From Octopus bimaculoides (Eukaryota), in assembly GCF_001194135.2 (NCBI RefSeq), contig NC_068994.1:28769917-28833916 (forward strand): a stretch of 64,000 nucleotides of DNA, given 5' to 3'. The position numbers were made by a program, and so were the translations under genes. Positions 37,353 to 49,439 of this stretch are shown here, piece after piece. Within the stretch, counting starts at the first letter, position 1. Every line of letters begins with the position of its first letter. A model generated the notes under the pieces. That model saw nothing but the letters and a program-made list of their open reading frames with translations, searched no databases and was not told the DNA's origin.

Positions 37353-37697
37353 CACAACAGCTGTTTCAGCAGCATTTTTTTTATTGAACACTAGTTCAGT
37401 CATCATGATCACATCATGAAAAAACTTTACTCCTATTGGGTGATTTTAAACATAGGTAAGAAAAAAATTCAAATCAACTCACCTTGCCAAGCATTAGCAG
37501 AGTAGGTGGGTATATTTGAAATTTTAACAGTTCTTCAAATATACTCACTGGTTCTGCTGATACTCCAGGTGAGTCGATTTGAATTTTTTTTCTCTTACAT
37601 ATGTTTAAAATCACCTGATGGAAGAGGATATTTTTCATGATGTAATCGTGATGATTTAACTATTCATCAATAAGAAAATGCTGCTGAAACTGTTGTG
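37353..37697. repeat. Fold-back element (~165-bp imperfect arms, 13-nt loop)
   Basis: Outer cacaacag..tttcagcagcatttt / aaaatgctgctgaaactgttgtg; centre tatatttgaa-loop-ttcaaatata. Confidence 0.85.
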
Positions 37698-37987
37698 TAT
37701 ATGTGTGTATATAAGTATGTATATATATATTTATATATGTATGTATACTTTTTATTAAAGCCAATAAAATTTTCACAAACTGTTAATCAGAGTTCCACAT
37801 TACCATTTGTTAGACAGTTTTAATTACAACTATCTGACAAATGGCAATTTGGAATTCTGAGTAACAATTTGTGAAAAAAATTTCAGCTTGAATAAAAAAC
37901 ATATTACTCTACCTTTGGTATTCAGGTACTGTTTTTTCCACCATGTTTTGCATTTATGTGCTTACTTGTGCATATGTATATATATAA

Positions 37988-38083
<96 letters not shown>

Positions 38084-38914
38084 GTGTGTATGTATGTATA
38101 TATGTATGCATATATGTATTTATATATATATGTGTTAATCTATGGGTTTAGTTTTGTCTACTGAAACTGATGCATCATTTTGGGTATGCATTTGCACAGT
38201 GAGTGAATGATGAGAGTAATGAAGGACTTATTTAAATAATCACCTGAAGAAGCGCATTTTACACCTTGTATATATGATAATGATTACTTGGCATCTTACC
38301 AACGTATAACTGGTGCAAAAATGTGTTGAAACAATTGTTGTGATTTTAAATATAAAAAATGTCATTAATTTCTTTTTTTTGTCATTTATCTAAACATGTA
38401 TGTGTAAACACACACACACATACACTCATATACATATATAGATATGTACTTATGTATATTGGCATTAGGAAGGGCATCCAGCCATAGGAGCGTTGCCCAA
38501 TCTGATAGTAGAGCATGATGCAGTCCTTAGACCCATTGGATTGTGTCAAACAGTCTAACTCATTTCAGCATGGAACATGGATGTTAAATAATAAAATATA
38601 TATGCATGTATATATTTATGTATGTATATGTATAACCTGCTAGAAACAGTAGCTCAATCATCTGTCTAATTTAAATAACAAAAAAGGATTTAGATAGTGT
38701 TGTCCTTGATATCCCTAAAAGTACAGCATCATCATAGCTGAAGTGTCTTTGATCATATGGTATCTGTGCAATCACGGCTGACATAGGGCTAAACAACAGC
38801 TACACACTGTTATCACATACACACAGTCACGTATACTCAACCACTGGGCAATTGATTGATATCCATGGCTCTCCCCCGCCTCTCTCAATCTATCTCTTTC
38901 TCAATATTTTTTAC

Positions 38915-39320
38915 TTATTTCAGTCATTTGGCTGTAGCCATGCTGGGGCACCACCTTGAAGGGTTTTAATTGAACAAATCAACCCCAGGCCTTTTTTCCT
39001 TTTAAGCCTGCTACTTATTCTGTCAGTCACTTTTGCCAAACTGCTAAGTTACAGGAACATAAAAACACCAGCACCATTAGTCAAGCAATGGTGGGGGACA
39101 AATACAGACACAAAGACATACATGCATAAATATACATACACATGCACGCGTGTGCACACACACACACATACACATATAAATGTGTGACAGGTTTCTCTCA
39201 GTTTCGTCTACCAAATCCACTCACAAGGCCTTGGTTGGCCCTGAGGCTATAATAGAAGACTGAACCTGGAACCATGTGATTGAGAAGCAAGCTTCTTAAC
39301 ATACAGCCATACTTGTGCTT
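38915..39320 (-). mobile_element. SINE family A
   Basis: Same motifs as 43980-44335. Confidence 0.85.
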
Positions 39321-39509
39321 ATATATGTATGCCTATGTACACCCAGGCCTGCATCTATATATATATATTTCTATATATATATATACACGCACAGACATGA
39401 CAAAAATAAATATGTACACAGACATGACAGAAATAAATCTATTTAAATCTGAAATTATACATTCAAATTATTTATTATTAATTGTTATAATGTGAATATT
39501 TAATATTTA

Positions 39510-40496
39510 GTAGGCATGCCCTTTGAATCTTTCAATGCAAGGTCCCTATTAGGCATGTTATTGATCAGATGACGAATATTCTCTTGCAGAATTTCTTGCC
39601 AAGTTTCATGCAGTAATCTTAAAAGATCTGGCTTTGAAGATGCTTTCTAATTCTTTTTATGATATGTCCTGTCCATTATGTCCCAGAGGTGTTCAATAGG
39701 GTTCATATCTAGTGACTGGCTTGGTCATGGAAGCTTTTTAATGCCATTCTCATCCAACAAATCTTGGGTCAGTTTAGCTGTGTGACAAGGAGCCCCATCT
39801 TCCATAAATAAAGAGTCTTCTTTAATCATTGCACCACTGGAGAAGATTGGAAGGAGCCCTTTCTGCAATATGGACACATATTTATCTGAGTTTATGTTTC
39901 CCTCACACTCCACCAGCTCTGGTCAACCATTGCTCCAAATTACTCTCCAGACCATCACAAAATAGCTGGCATGTTTCATTGTTGGGTGCACTCTTTTCTC
40001 TGCTTGATGTTGGCTGGTCAAAGAAGTGACTTCCTTCTTGCTGCTGTGCCATAGTAACCAAGTTTGTGGAGACACCTGACAGCTTTTCTGGGATTGATAT
40101 CAACTTGTTCTGCCATGCCAGAGGCCTTGCAATGAGAATTATCCTCCACACTTCTCTTAAGAGAAGGGTCCTGTCAGAGGGCCCTGGCTGATCTGGGCAA
40201 GATGATGTGGACTCCTTTATCTCTCTGTTGAATTTCACAATCACTCTATCAACTGTAGACTGTGGGGTCCCAAGGTTTTCTCTGATTTTATGCTATGTCC
40301 ACCTTCAGAATGACCCACAATACAGCCTCTTTGAAATTCAGACAGTTCCAAGGCTTCTTTTCTACATGGCATAATTAAACAGTCATATATAAGAACCTGA
40401 AACATAAAAATGTCAACTAATAAAAAATATAAACCTTTGCAAATTAGAGTAAACATGAAACGATGTTTTATGGGGTGTCTATTTATTTCTATCATG
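39510..40496 (-). mobile_element. Second Tc1 copy related to 1408-2667; left TIR lost
   Basis: ELSEFQRGCIVG, FMEDGAPCHTAK, SQSLDMNPIEH; right TIR gtgtctatttatttctatcatg. Confidence 0.88.
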
Positions 40497-41102
40497 TCTG
40501 TGTATGTAACTCATCGACTCCTGTTCATGGCATTATTGCCTTTATCCAGCTGACCATTTTTGCACCTGTTTCTCTCCATCTGTTGCTTTCCTCCCATTCT
40601 CTTGCCACCTTGCCTACATTCTCTGATTATTTTCTGTTTACCTTCTTGGACATGTTATTTTGAGGGTATGTCACCACCCATTCACCTATGTAAAATGCAA
40701 GGAAGCCATACATTTATTTCTTCCACAACAATAAGCCTATTCTTGTTTTTTCCCTCTCACCTGCTCTCATAAAGCAACCACTCTATGTCCCATCCACCTT
40801 TTCACTTCAAGGAACTTATAGTCTCCTCAGTTACAAGATGATCTTCCTTGTGCTGATGCCATGAAAAAGCTCCCCACACTCTATGTAAAGAGGTTGATGT
40901 TGAAGAAGGCATCCAGCCATAGAAAATATGCCAGAACTGGGACACTGGAGTAAGATGTGGTCTTGCAGTCCATCGGATCTTGTCAAAACATCCAACTCAG
41001 ACAGGAAATGATGATCTATTGATCTATCTAACTATATATACATATATGTATGCATGTAAATGCATATACATATGTGTGTGTATGTGTTTATATATGTATA
41101 TG

Positions 41103-41137
<35 letters not shown>

Positions 41138-41310
41138 ATTTTATATTTATATGCATGTATATGTCATGCATATAGATATATGCAGACTTTTTTGTGTGTA
41201 TATATATATGTTTGTATATGTGTGTGTATACATATATGTATGTATGTGTGTGTGCATTATATATGTATATATGCATACATATATTTACTTATTTATATTA
41301 TATATGTGCG

Positions 41311-41345
<35 letters not shown>

Positions 41346-41434
41346 TTTTACTTTCTTGTTTCAGTCATTAGACTGTGGACTTAAATGTTCTTTCTTTCTA
41401 TATTGGCATGTACATATGTATACATGTGTGTGTG

Positions 41435-41645
41435 AAAGCACTTGGCCTAGTGGTTAGGGTATTTGACCCATGATCGTCAAGTCATGAGTTGGAATCCTGG
41501 CTGCATTTTTTGTTCTTGTGCAACACATTTTGTTTCATGTTGCTCCAGTCCATTCAGCTGGCAAAATGCTTAGTACCTGTATTTTAAAGAGTCAGTCTTG
41601 TCACATTGTGTGCCAAGCTGAACCTCCCTCAGAACTCTGAGTATA
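41435..41645 (+). mobile_element. Degraded tRNA-derived SINE
   Basis: A box tggcctagtgg, B-box-like gagttggaatcc. Confidence 0.65.
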
Positions 41646-41845
41646 CAATGTTGAAGTGTGTTAAAATTTTTTTTAATATTTAGTAATGTTCATAAAGTTC
41701 ACCTAGTACTTTTATACATTCTTAGTAATCATCAGATTGTAAAAAAATTTTTTTTTAAATAATAAAAACATGGAAACCAGACCATGTTGTAACTTTATTC
41801 AACTGATATATTATTCTATACAAATTCAGAAAAAAATACATATGC

Positions 41846-41881
<36 letters not shown>

Positions 41882-42493
41882 TAAAAATATAAAAATAAAA
41901 ACAGAACACAAAGGATTCCGCGGTACATGTGTTTCAANNNNNNNNNNNNNNNNNNNNNNNNNNNNNNNNNNNNNNNNNNNNNNNNNNNNNNNNNNNNNNN
42001 NNNNNNNNNNNNNNNNNNNNNNNNNNNNNNNNNNNNNNNNNNNNNNNNNNNNNNNNNNNNNNNNNNNNNNNNNNNNNNNNNNNNNNNNNNNNNNNNNNNN
42101 NNNNNNNNNNNNNNNNNNNNNNNNNNNNNNNNNNNNNNNNNNNNNNNNNNNNNNNNNNNNNNNNNNNNNNNNNNNNNNNNNNNNNNNNNNNNNNNNNNNN
42201 NNNNNNNNNNNNNNNNNNNNNNNNNNNNNNNNNNNNNNNNNNNNNNNNNNNNNNNNNNNNNNNNNNNNNNNNNNNNNNNNNNNNNNNNNNNNNNNNNNNN
42301 NNNNNNNNNNNNNNNNNNNNNNNNNNNNNNNNNNNNNNNNNNNNNNNNNNNNNNNNNTAAGTAAATGAGTGGAAATCAGACCAGTGAGTGCATTAAATTA
42401 ATAAGGTACTAAAAGAGAATGACCCTCCTCAGACACAATAAAATATGCTTCAACACATGAATTCATATAAAGAATCTTGCAAACCATATATGT

Positions 42494-42541
<48 letters not shown>

Positions 42542-42554
42542 AAAACATAAATAG

Positions 42555-42665
42555 TGAGCGGTGTTCCACAGGGCACTGTTTTGGGTCCACTGCTTTTCAT
42601 AGCGGCCCTCTCAGACATGCCCTCCACTGCCCAGATAGCTACACAGACGATATGAAATTGGTCAC
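42555..42665 (+). mobile_element. CR1-type RT fragment
   Basis: SGVPQGTVLGPLLF...DDMKL. Confidence 0.75.
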
Positions 42666-43398
42666 CAGTTTATTTATGCTAAGATGATTGTTTTTGTTAA
42701 TGTTTTAGCATTCAGATTATTAATGATGTTAAGTATGTTGAGGCATTCATATACAAAGAATAGATGAGTGACCCCCAAGATTAACATATATATATTCTTG
42801 TGTGATTTTAAGAGTGCTCTCAAACTATTAAAAATAACACTGACTAGTCGAAGCTGAAAAGCCCTTCTGGGCTTAATATATTTTTGGCTCAGAAGCCATG
42901 CAGTTTTCCTAACCTAGGAATTATGAACAGTTTGAGGTATTTCCTCATAGGAAGTACTTTATCTTAATGTAGGCTGTTTTTGGCAAGTTAGAATGTTAAA
43001 ATGGGAAGTGTTTCAACAGCATAAATCAAACATAAGAATGAATATTTCTTTACATGAGTAATAAGGGAGCACCTACATGGTTGTCCTAACTGCTAGAAAT
43101 AGTAACCAAATCACATTGTACTGTCATAAAAGAGGGAGGATACATTTTATAGTATAATCCTACATATTCCTGAAAGAAGACGTAGAGGAACAACTTTACT
43201 CACTGTTGATGGGGACAATTACAAAAAACATCTTGTTTATACAGCAGGTAGATCTGTTTATAAATGTCAGTAGCATTTGGCCTGTAGGCTGCATATTATA
43301 ATCTATATACTCACAAGTCAAAGATGGAAAGTTGATTGTGCACCTACAACCCGGTGGATCATAGGAGCATCATTGAAGATTTTCATCTTTGTGTAGTG

Positions 43399-43651
43399 CA
43401 GTGGTGCTCAACTGGGGTTCATTTGACCCATGGTGGTCCATATAAGATTTTGTTAAAATTCATGTCCAATAAATTCCTTATACTTCTGCAATACACAAAA
43501 TATTTTAATTTTTTTTATACAAATCCTAATAATATTTAATTATAAAAATACAGTAGGACTTTTTTTTATACATTGAATAATAATGAAGGTCCAGTAGAGT
43601 AAAATAGGGGATCAACAGGGCTCATAGGCAAAAATGCTTGAAAACTAATTG
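43399..43651. mobile_element. hAT-family MITE
   Basis: Termini CAGTGGTGCTCAAC and ttgaaaactaattg; 8-bp TSD gtgtagtg/gtgcagtg (one mismatch). Confidence 0.7.
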
Positions 43652-43979
43652 GTGCAGTGTATGTATAGGCCATATCCCTCATTTCTTTTTCTCATTTCAC
43701 TCTCCTTGACTCCCCCACATTGGTCATTCATTCCTTCTCAATGAATCAACAGGGAGCTTCTACATGGCCACTTGACCTATTAATAATAGCACTTGACCTC
43801 CATCTGAAACAGAAGAAAGATACATTATATAATGTAATCCTACATACTCTTAAAATGCCAAAAGCCTTTGATCATAGGTTTGTTTGATCAAGGGGAATAC
43901 TTCTAACAGCAGATATTTCCCTTTATAATTTTTGGCATCATATGTTGTCATTCATAATATATATATACTCTCTCTCTTT

Positions 43980-44335
43980 TTACTCTTACTTGTTTCAGTC
44001 ATTTGACTGTGGCCATGCTGGGGCACCGCCTTTAGTCGAGCAAATCGACCCCAGGACTTATTCTTTGGAAGCCTAGTACTTATTCTATCAGTCTCATTGG
44101 TTGTCAAGCGATGTTGGGGGGACAAACACAGACACACAAACATATACACACACACATATATATATATACATATATACGACGGGCTTCTTTCAGTTTCCGT
44201 CTACCAAATCCACTCAAGGCTTTGGTTGGCCCGAGGGTATAGTAGAAGACACTTGCCCAAGGTGCCATGCAGTGGGACTGAACCCAGAACATTGTGGTTG
44301 GTAAGCAAGCTACTTACCACACAGCCACTCCTGCA
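43980..44335 (-). mobile_element. SINE family A, best-preserved copy
   Basis: Minus-strand tRNA-like head gtgtggtaagtagcttgcttaccaaccacaatgttctgggttcagtcccactg, central (TA/CA)n and 3' ctgaaacaagtaaga. Confidence 0.9.
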
Positions 44336-44337
44336 CC

Positions 44338-44391
<54 letters not shown>

Positions 44392-44631
44392 NNNNNNNNN
44401 NNNNNNNNNNNNNNNNNNNNNNNNNNNNNNNNNNNNNNNNNNNNNNNNNNNNNNNNNNNNNNNNNNNNNNNNNNNNNNNNNNNNNNNNNNNNNNNNNNNN
44501 NNNNNNNNNNNNNNNNNNNNNNNNNNNNNNNNNNNNNNNNNNNNNNNNNNNNNNNNNNNNNNNNNNNNNNNNNNNNNNNNNNNNNNNNNNNNNNNNNNNN
44601 NNNNNNNNNNNNNNNNNNNNNNNNNNNNNNN

Positions 44632-44679
<48 letters not shown>

Positions 44680-45430
44680 AAAGTACAAGTTAACTAGAAA
44701 ACTTCACGATAAGTCTAATGTTTCACTAAGGCAAAAAGCAAACATCCCTTCTTTGGCAGTAAATTCCTTACAGTCATCAGAAATGAAACAAGATATTTTA
44801 TGATCTAATAAGACTATGAACAGAGGTGGAGTAATGTTGTACGTAAGTTGCATAATTTGCTTAATTAGTGGCCAGTTTATGTATTTGCTTGAGATTAAGT
44901 TGGTGACTGAAGGAATTTTGGGGGATAACTAGGTTACAATTTATTGGGAGAATCTTTAGAACTGTGGGCAAAATGTTTGCAGTGTTTAGTTATGGCCTAC
45001 TCACATTCTAAGTTCAAATCCTGTTATGGTCAACTTTATTTTCCATCCTTCTGGAACATGAAAAAATAATAAACTATTAGTCAGGAATCAATATCAACTA
45101 CTTCTCTATATCTGCCTACAAAATTGTGCCCTTGTGCCAATGAAGTTAATGGTCAGTTTGAAGTCTGGAAGGTCAGTGTATGGGGTGGTTAGAAAGTTTG
45201 AAAGGTAGGGTCTGTTCTAGGGAAGACAGTCTCAGCAAAGTGTTTAGTACATGACCTGTAGTTAAAAATTAAGGCACGCAAAATGATGTATACACACACA
45301 CATACATGTGTATATGCTCATACATGATGGTTCTTGAAAACACATTGCACAGTGATATGTGTGTGTATGTACATATGTATATGTAAATATACATATACAT
45401 ATGTATATATATATAGACATATGTATTTAC

Positions 45431-45468
<38 letters not shown>

Positions 45469-45568
45469 NNNNNNNNNNNNNNNNNNNNNNNNNNNNNNNN
45501 NNNNNNNNNNNNNNNNNNNNNNNNNNNNNNNNNNNNNNNNNNNNNNNNNNNNNNNNNNNNNNNNNNNN

Positions 45569-46171
45569 TTAGGCCTCACCGAGGCAATGACTTGTGACCG
45601 AGACATTTGGAAATATGCAGTGTGTGAGAAGACCTGGCAAGCCAAGTGAGTCCATAATCCGAGGCCTCTGCCAGGGGTGTAGTCAGCCCACTTATGTGTA
45701 CCTTTCCTTCATTGGACACTAAACTTTGTTTGCAAAGACCTGTTGAGGCAAATGAAATCGATCCAAATTTGACGACTGGCACCCATGCCAACCTTTCTTT
45801 CATTGGACACTAAACTTGGCTTGCGAAGACTTGTTGGGGCAAGTGAAATCGAAATCGTGATTGAACCAAATTCAATGACTGGCACCTATGCCAGTGGAGC
45901 GCTAAGAGCACCATCCAAGCGTGATCATTGCCAGAGCAGCTGTCTGGTTTCCGTGCCAGTGGCACGTAAATAGCACCATTTGAGCATGATCGTTACCAGC
46001 GTCGCCTTACTGGCACTTGCGAAAATACGTGAAAAAACATTTGAGCAAGGTCGTTGCCAGTGCCGCTGGACTGGTTCCTGTGCAGGTGGCACATAAAAAA
46101 CACCATTTTGAGCATGGCCGTTGCCAGTACCACCCGACTGGCCCTTGTGCCGGTGGCACGTAAAAGCACCC
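45569..46171 (+). mobile_element. RTE LINE 3' end and 3'UTR with tandem hairpin units (between gaps)
   Basis: LGLTEAMTCDRDIWKYAV*, then repeats of gtgccngtggcac-gtaaaagcacc; homologous to 2880-2990 and 3557-3580. Confidence 0.85.
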
Positions 46172-47688
46172 NNNNNNNNNNNNNNNNNNNNNNNNNNNNN
46201 NNNNNNNNNNNNNNNNNNNNNNNNNNNNNNNNNNNNNNNNNNNNNNNNNNNNNNNNNNNNNNNNNNNNNNNNNNNNNNNNNNNNNNNNNNNNNNNNNNNN
46301 NNNNNNNNNNNNNNNNNNNNNNNNNNNNNNNNNNNNNNNNNNNNNNNNNNNNNNNNNNNNNNNNNNNNNNNNNNNNNNNNNNNNNNNNNNNNNNNNNNNN
46401 NNNNNNNNNNNNNNNNNNNNNNNNNNNNNNNNNNNNNNNNNNNNNNNNNNNNNNNNNNNNNNNNNNNNNNNNNNNNNNNNNNNNNNNNNNNNNNNNNNNN
46501 NNNNNNNNNNNNNNNNNNNNNNNNNNNNNNNNNNNNNNNNNNNNNNNNNNNNNNNNNNNNNNNNNNNNNNNNNNNNNNNNNNNNNNNNNNNNNNNNNNNN
46601 NNNNNNNNNNNNNNNNNNNNNNNNNNNNNNNNNNNNNNNNNNNNNNNNNNNNNNNNNNNNNNNNNNNNNNNNNNNNNNNNNNNNNNNNNNNNNNNNNNNN
46701 NNNNNNNNNNNNNNNNNNNNNNNNNNNNNNNNNNNNNNNNNNNNNNNNNNNNNNNNNNNNNNNNNNNNNNNNNNNNNNNNNNNNNNNNNNNNNNNNNNNN
46801 NNNNNNNNNNNNNNNNNNNNNNNNNNNNNNNNNNNNNNNNNNNNNNNNNNNNNNNNNNNNNNNNNNNNNNNNNNNNNNNNNNNNNNNNNNNNNNNNNNNN
46901 NNNNNNNNNNNNNNNNNNNNNNNNNNNNNNNNNNNNNNNNNNNNNNNNNNNNNNNNNNNNNNNNNNNNNNNNNNNNNNNNNNNNNNNNNNNNNNNNNNNN
47001 NNNNNNNNNNNNNNNNNNNNNNNNNNNNNNNNNNNNNNNNNNATATATATGCCAACCTCAACAGGGATCTTCTCTGCCCATCTCTGTGCCAGCTTCTAGA
47101 GCCAGAGGTGGTTTTCACAGCTGAATGCTTTGCTTTAATATAGACCACTCAACCATGAAGTGGGATTGCTAAATATTTTCTTTCTTTTTTCTACTTCATT
47201 GATGAGGCAGGTGGAATAATCGCCTCCCCAAAAGACAGATTAATACCTTTGTCAAGTTTTGAGTTCAACTCCTGCAGACCAGCACCTTAGTCATTTCAGC
47301 CATTGTGCAGCATATACCCAATTCAGGTTGTTATATTATTTATATGTGTAAACATTGTATTAAATATTTCAGCATGGATAATTGTATATACTGTCTATAA
47401 CATTTAAACATGATTTGAGCATTATATTTCAAATACAGCTTGCACTGTTAAGTCATACCCTCCATCAGCTGTTGATTAGAGATAACAATTTCAGCACCTA
47501 TAAGCTACATCACTGCTTCAAGCATTAATGAGCAGTATTTGATGCTACCAGAGAATGTCTGAGTTATTTTGGTCCTCACCTCAGCATGGTCTGTTCCCTT
47601 CCTCTTATCCATGTATCTACTAAAATCACTTTTAATCACTCCAATATGACCGCAGCCACTTGGCTGAAACACATAAATAAAAAAATAA

Positions 47689-47740
<52 letters not shown>

Positions 47741-47924
47741 AACAGAATAGGATTACAGGAGCACAAAGAAAATGTGAGCTGTGCAAGTCCAGAGCCAATT
47801 CTTTGCCTTCATTCCCAGTAGACCACCAGTGCCCAACCTGCAACAGAACCTTCTGAACACTCATTGACTTGATTGGCCACAGCCAGATGCACTGTCACCT
47901 TTCTGCTCACTACAGACATTGTTT

Positions 47925-47987
<63 letters not shown>

Positions 47988-48107
47988 TTCCTCTGTTTAG
48001 ACGAACTTTCCTACCTTTTCGGACAAAACCTTTTGTAACCTTCGTCCTGTCTTTGTCCTTATATGTTTTTAATTGATATTAGCCCTTGTGGCCAATAAAA
48101 CGAATTA

Positions 48108-48149
<42 letters not shown>

Positions 48150-48150
48150 C
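47925..48150 (+). repeat. (ATT)n tracts flanking a short LINE-like 3' end
   Basis: (ATT)n - ~120 bp ending ccaataaaacgaat - (ATT)n. Confidence 0.6.
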
Positions 48151-48964
48151 TGGATCACCTCCTTTAATGTCCCCTTTGTTGTGGTAAGACATGTGCTTCT
48201 GTCTCTTTGTCTCTTTGTCACACTTTAACCTTTCATACTCTGACACAAGTTCCCCTCCTCAAATGCCCCTGCCCCTGCCCCTCTCATAATTCCTTGTCGT
48301 ATGAGTTACTTGGTTACACTGCCAGTGCTGGTGTCATGTTAAAAGCATCCAGTCCACACTATAACGTGATTGGCATTTGGAAGGGCATCCAGCTGTAAAT
48401 ATCATACCAAAATTAGCCTCACCTGTGCTAGTGTCACGTAAAAAGCACTGGGTTCACTNNNNNNNNNNNNNNNNNNNNNNNNNNNNNNNNNNNNNNNNNN
48501 NNNNNNNNNNNNNNNNNNNNNNNNNNNNNNNNNNNNNNNNNNNNNNNNNNNNNNNNNNNNNNNNNNNNNNNNNNNNNNNNNNNNNNNNNNNNNNNNNNNN
48601 NNNNNNNNNNNNNNNNNNNNNNNNNNNNNNNNNNNNNNNNNNNNNNNNNNNNNNNNNNNNNNNNNNNNNNNNNNNNNNNNNNNNNNNNNNNNNNNNNNNN
48701 NNNNNNNNNNNNNNNNNNNNNNNNNNNNNNNNNNNNNNNNNNNNNNNNNNNNNNNNNNNNNNNNNNNNNNNNNNNNNNNNNNNNNNNNNNNNNNNNNNNN
48801 NNNNNNNNNNNNNNNNNNNNNNNNNTATATATATATATATATATATATGGACTCCTCATTCGCATAATCACCAAACCTGGAGCTTAACTATAGTTTGTCC
48901 ATAGCACTTACTCAGCATTACCTGACACCTTTGGGTCTTCTTGATACCACTACCTCTCATAACC

Positions 48965-49003
<39 letters not shown>

Positions 49004-49004
49004 G

Positions 49005-49365
49005 TCTTTTTACTTGTTTCAGTCATTAGCCTGCAGCCATGTTGGAGCACCACTTGGAGAATTCTTTAGTCAAATGAACTGGCCCCAGTAGTTATTAGTC
49101 TTTTCTGCCAAACCACTAGATTATGGGGACATAAACACACCAGCACTAGTTGTCAAGTGGTGGTCAGGGACAAACATAGACACAAAGACACACACACATA
49201 GATATATACATACATATTTATGGCAGGCTTTCAGTTTCTGTCTTTCAAATTCACTCACAAGATTTTGGCTGGCCCAAGTCTATAGTAAAAGACACTTGCC
49301 CAAGATACCATGCAGTAGGACTGAACCCAAAACCATGTGGTTGGGAAGCAAGCTGCTTACCCCAC
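49005..49365 (-). mobile_element. SINE family A
   Basis: Family motifs as above. Confidence 0.85.
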
Positions 49366-49439
49366 AAACACACAGATACACAAAAATACAAACACACAGA
49401 CACACAGATGCAATCACAAGAAATCCAAAAACAGCAGAA

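Noticed and set aside
45945-46171. CRISPR-like array of palindromic repeats
   Set aside because: Eukaryotic context, no cas genes, inter-repeat segments are homologous rather than unique spacers, and it sits in an RTE 3'UTR.
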